DNA from: a virus
Lineage: Duplodnaviria; Caudoviricetes
Strand: one strand, 5' to 3'
IMG/VR virus record: IMGVR_UViG_3300027917_000004
Span: 1-59,486 of that record
DNA: 59,486 nucleotides
Shown here: positions 54,698 through 59,486 of the stretch, piece by piece
Layout: every line of letters begins with the position of its first letter
Position numbering within the stretch: the stretch's first letter is position 1
Notes under the pieces: generated by a model
Seen by the model: the letters and a program-made list of their open reading frames with translations, nothing else
The model's database searches: none
What the model was told of the DNA's origin: nothing
Program-made: the position numbers and the translations under genes

Positions 54698-55390
54698 ATG
54701 GCTACCAGCGGAACATATGCATTCAATCCTTCGCTTGGTGAGTTGACGCTTTATGCGTACAACTTGATCGGCGTTAGGAACACGGCTGTTCTGCAAGAGC
54801 ATATGGAAGCTGCCCGTATGGCTTCCAACATGATGTTGGCGCGGTGGTCCAACCAAGGTGTTAACCTCTGGGCAGTCGATAAAATCACGGTTCCATTGGT
54901 GCAGGGACAATCTACCTACAGTGTAGATGCCAACACCGTTATGATTCTTGATGCTTACATGGTCATCGATAATGGTAATGGTCAGCCAATTGACCGCATT
55001 ATCCTGCCTATTTCGCGCACGGAATACGCTTCTTATCCAAACAAAGAGCAGCAAGGTTTCACAACCACATTCTGGTTTGATCGCTTGCTTTCTCCGACTG
55101 TTACTCTCTGGCCTGTGCCGGATGGAAGTTCTGCTCAGTATCTAAAGTACTATCGTGTTCGACAGCTTCAAGACTCAGAACTTCAAAACGGCCAGCAAGT
55201 TGAAATTCCGTATCTTTGGATGGAAGCTTTTGCTTATGGCTTGGCTCAACGCCTTGCAATGGTTTGGGCACCCGATAAGGTTGCTATTCTTAAACCTATT
55301 GCTGATGAATCGTACATGATTGCAGCAGAGCAAAACGTCGAACAAGCACAGCAATATATTTCGCCGCAGATTTCTGGCTACTTTAGGTAG
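54698..55390 (+). CDS. Head-tail adaptor / tail tubular protein
   Basis: MATSGTYAFN, WSNQGVNLW, ISRTEY...PNK..QG, LWPVPD, EAFAYGLA. Confidence 0.7.
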   Translation: MATSGTYAFNPSLGELTLYAYNLIGVRNTAVLQEHMEAARMASNMMLARWSNQGVNLWAVDKITVPLVQGQSTYSVDANTVMILDAYMVIDNGNGQPIDRIILPISRTEYASYPNKEQQGFTTTFWFDRLLSPTVTLWPVPDGSSAQYLKYYRVRQLQDSELQNGQQVEIPYLWMEAFAYGLAQRLAMVWAPDKVAILKPIADESYMIAAEQNVEQAQQYISPQISGYFR

Positions 55391-55399
55391 GGGGCGTGA

Positions 55400-55915
55400 A
55401 TGGGATACGCCTCCAAAGCTGGACGGGCGAGGACTAATCCAAATAGCCCTCAAGCACATGCGATATGTGATCGTTGCGGCTTTCGCTATAACCATGTCGA
55501 TCTGCATTGGCAGTACGATTGGCGCGGCGCGTCAATGATGAACATTCGTTTGTTGGTCTGCAACACTTGCTACGATGCTCCGCAAGAGCAGCTTCGTGCG
55601 ATTGTCGTTCCTGCTGATCCTGTGCCGATTGTTAATCCGCGCATTCAGGATTTTGTCACTGCGGAAACAAATACCCGCGCCACATCAGGCCAGAACACTG
55701 TTGATCCGACCACAAATATCCCCATTATTAACGGGGATACGAGAATCACGCAGGACGACAAGGTTCGTGTTACGCAACAAACGGGTGAGCCTCCAAGGGG
55801 TCTTAACGAAGAACCCGGCACTGATCCGAATGCTCCGGGTGACAATGATCCGGGTCTTCCCTACAATATGGACGAAGTTCCAAAGACAGGTCCGCTTAAC
55901 GGTAGTGAGACCTAA
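55400..55915 (+). CDS. Zinc-ribbon-containing structural-module protein
   Basis: AICDRCGFRY...LVCNTCYD.PQ. Confidence 0.7.
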   Translation: MGYASKAGRARTNPNSPQAHAICDRCGFRYNHVDLHWQYDWRGASMMNIRLLVCNTCYDAPQEQLRAIVVPADPVPIVNPRIQDFVTAETNTRATSGQNTVDPTTNIPIINGDTRITQDDKVRVTQQTGEPPRGLNEEPGTDPNAPGDNDPGLPYNMDEVPKTGPLNGSET

Positions 55916-55933
55916 TTATGCCAGTCTTGATGA

Positions 55934-58126
<2,193 letters not shown>

Positions 58127-58138
58127 TTGGAGGGGAAT

Positions 58139-58333
58139 ATGGCAGTTACGATTTTAGAAAACGGCTGGATCAGTGACGCTTTCGTTCTTGGCGATGGTCC
58201 ACTGGTCTATTCAGACGCAATTGTTTTGCCGCCTGAGCAATACAACGCATTGTCGCCTGATGAAATTGCTGCATTGAAGCAGCAGCGGTATGACAATTGG
58301 ATTGCCATCATTAACACACCTCCGCAGGAGTAA
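58139..58333 (+). CDS. Small tail-fibre-associated protein
   Basis: SDAIVLP...EIAALKQQRYDNW; GGAGGGG RBS. Confidence 0.65.
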   Translation: MAVTILENGWISDAFVLGDGPLVYSDAIVLPPEQYNALSPDEIAALKQQRYDNWIAIINTPPQE

Positions 58334-58336
58334 ACG

Positions 58337-59486
58337 ATGGCAGCGCGGTTTTGGGTCACAGGCGGCACAGGAAACTGGAGTAGCACAACTAATTGGTCAA
58401 CTGCATCTGGTGGAGCCAGTGGCGCATCTGTTCCCGGAACGGCTGATACCGCAACATTTGATGCTTCTTCTGGCGCTGGCACGGCAACCGTTGACAGCAA
58501 CGTAACTATTCAAACTCTGACCATGACGGGGTTTACGGGTACGCTTGCCTTTGGAACAAATAGCATTTCTTTGAATAGCACTGGCACGGTTTATACTGGC
58601 GCTACTACGTTTACTGTTACTGGTACGCCTGTTATCAATGTTACCAGCACTGGTTCAACATCAATTACTGTAAATACAACTGCTACCACTGAAGCAAACT
58701 CAATTTCATTTAATTTTACTGGCGGCACATATGCGTTGTCATTGACTGGCACTACTTCTTTCCGCAATCTTGATTTTACGGGATATGCTGGAACCGTTGG
58801 CAACAGCGCGATTTCAATTTATGGAAATTTAACCGTTTCCACTGGCATGTCTCTTACCGCTGGCACGAATGCTTGGACGTTTGGCGCTACAAGCGGAACA
58901 AAAACGATTACATCAAATGGTAAAACGATTGATTTTCCTCTTACATTTAACGGTGCTGGTGGAGCGTTTCAGCTTCAAGATGCTTTGACTCTTGGGTCAA
59001 CAAGGACTCTAACTCTTACCGCTGGTACGCTGGACCTTAATAGCAAAACGCTTACCACGGGTCTTTTCTCATCAAATGTTTCGTCAACACGTTCTGTTGC
59101 GTTCGGTACAGGTAAGATTGTTCTTATTTCATCTGGAACAGTCTTTGCTGTTACGACTACAACTGGTTGGAGCGTTACTGGAACGCCTGTTGTTGATGTC
59201 AACAACAATACCGCAACAGCAACTACTATCAATCTTGGTGTCAGCGCTGGTGAAACCAATTCTGTTTCGTTCAATATTCTAAGCGGAACTTATACGCTTA
59301 CATTTTTGTCTGGTTGTTCAATTCGTAACTTGGATTATACTGGATTTTCGGGAACTCAGGCAAATGGTACAGTTAATATTTATGGAAATTTAACTGTTTC
59401 CACCGGTATGTCTTTTACCGCTGGCACGAATGCTTGGACGTTTGGCGCAACGTCTGGAACAAAAACTATTACCTCTAATGGTAAAA
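58337..59486 (+). CDS. 5' part of giant Thr/Ser/Gly-rich virion protein (continues at position 100 through 3296)
   Basis: GGAG RBS, MAARFWVTGGTGNWSSTTNWS...; open to the end of the window and in frame with ORF 21..3296. Confidence 0.85.
   Translation, partial: MAARFWVTGGTGNWSSTTNWSTASGGASGASVPGTADTATFDASSGAGTATVDSNVTIQTLTMTGFTGTLAFGTNSISLNSTGTVYTGATTFTVTGTPVINVTSTGSTSITVNTTATTEANSISFNFTGGTYALSLTGTTSFRNLDFTGYAGTVGNSAISIYGNLTVSTGMSLTAGTNAWTFGATSGTKTITSNGKTIDFPLTFNGAGGAFQLQDALTLGSTRTLTLTAGTLDLNSKTLTTGLFSSNVSSTRSVAFGTGKIVLISSGTVFAVTTTTGWSVTGTPVVDVNNNTATATTINLGVSAGETNSVSFNILSGTYTLTFLSGCSIRNLDYTGFSGTQANGTVNIYGNLTVSTGMSFTAGTNAWTFGATSGTKTITSNGK
59388..59486. repeat. Terminal direct repeat (copy 2)
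   Basis: Identical to 1-99. Confidence 0.95.

Noticed and set aside
59388-59486. 99-bp terminal repeat as a biological direct terminal repeat
   Set aside because: Length matches a typical k-mer and it falls mid-gene; best explained as circular assembly overlap
58818-59486. Repeat pair in the fibre gene as a diversity-generating retroelement TR/VR
   Set aside because: Differences are mostly synonymous and not adenine-specific, both copies are in frame, and no reverse transcriptase is present

Overview
The window is an apparently complete, circularly assembled dsDNA tailed phage genome: 1-99 is identical to 59388-59486, giving a unit length of about 59,387 bp. It is podovirus-like (portal, adaptor/nozzle and large ejection proteins, no tape measure or tail tube). 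A GcrA homologue points to an alphaproteobacterial host. Layout: (i) virion, lysis and ejection genes on + (41998-59486 wrapping to 1-20000); (ii) a minus-strand recombination/accessory arm (ERF, YqaJ exonuclease, SSB-like, HNHs, GcrA, glycosyltransferase; 19978-26045); (iii) a plus-strand arm (Cro-like, RusA, DNA adenine MTase, HTH, SF2 helicase, primase; 26145-33354); (iv) a compositionally odd 'early' island with TerS and a repeat-rich non-coding segment (33362-38585); (v) TerL, two tRNAs and an RNAP alpha-CTD-like protein. No integrase, DNA polymerase, RNA polymerase or classical prohead protease was recognised. Main signals: a basic/aromatic-x-x-Gly-Gly motif reused about 30 times across seven otherwise unrelated virion-region proteins, with a shared C-terminal tag and a candidate reader/processing protein; a 4-5 kb island purged of CAG/CTG and GATC regardless of gene function; a near-perfect chromosomal parS site without cognate ParAB; a six-site palindromic operator regulon; a tandem-hairpin RNA leader before the capsid operon; and a collagen/GT2-TPR-methyltransferase virion glycosylation set. 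All assignments come from motif recognition by eye and counts are manual; no database searches were run.
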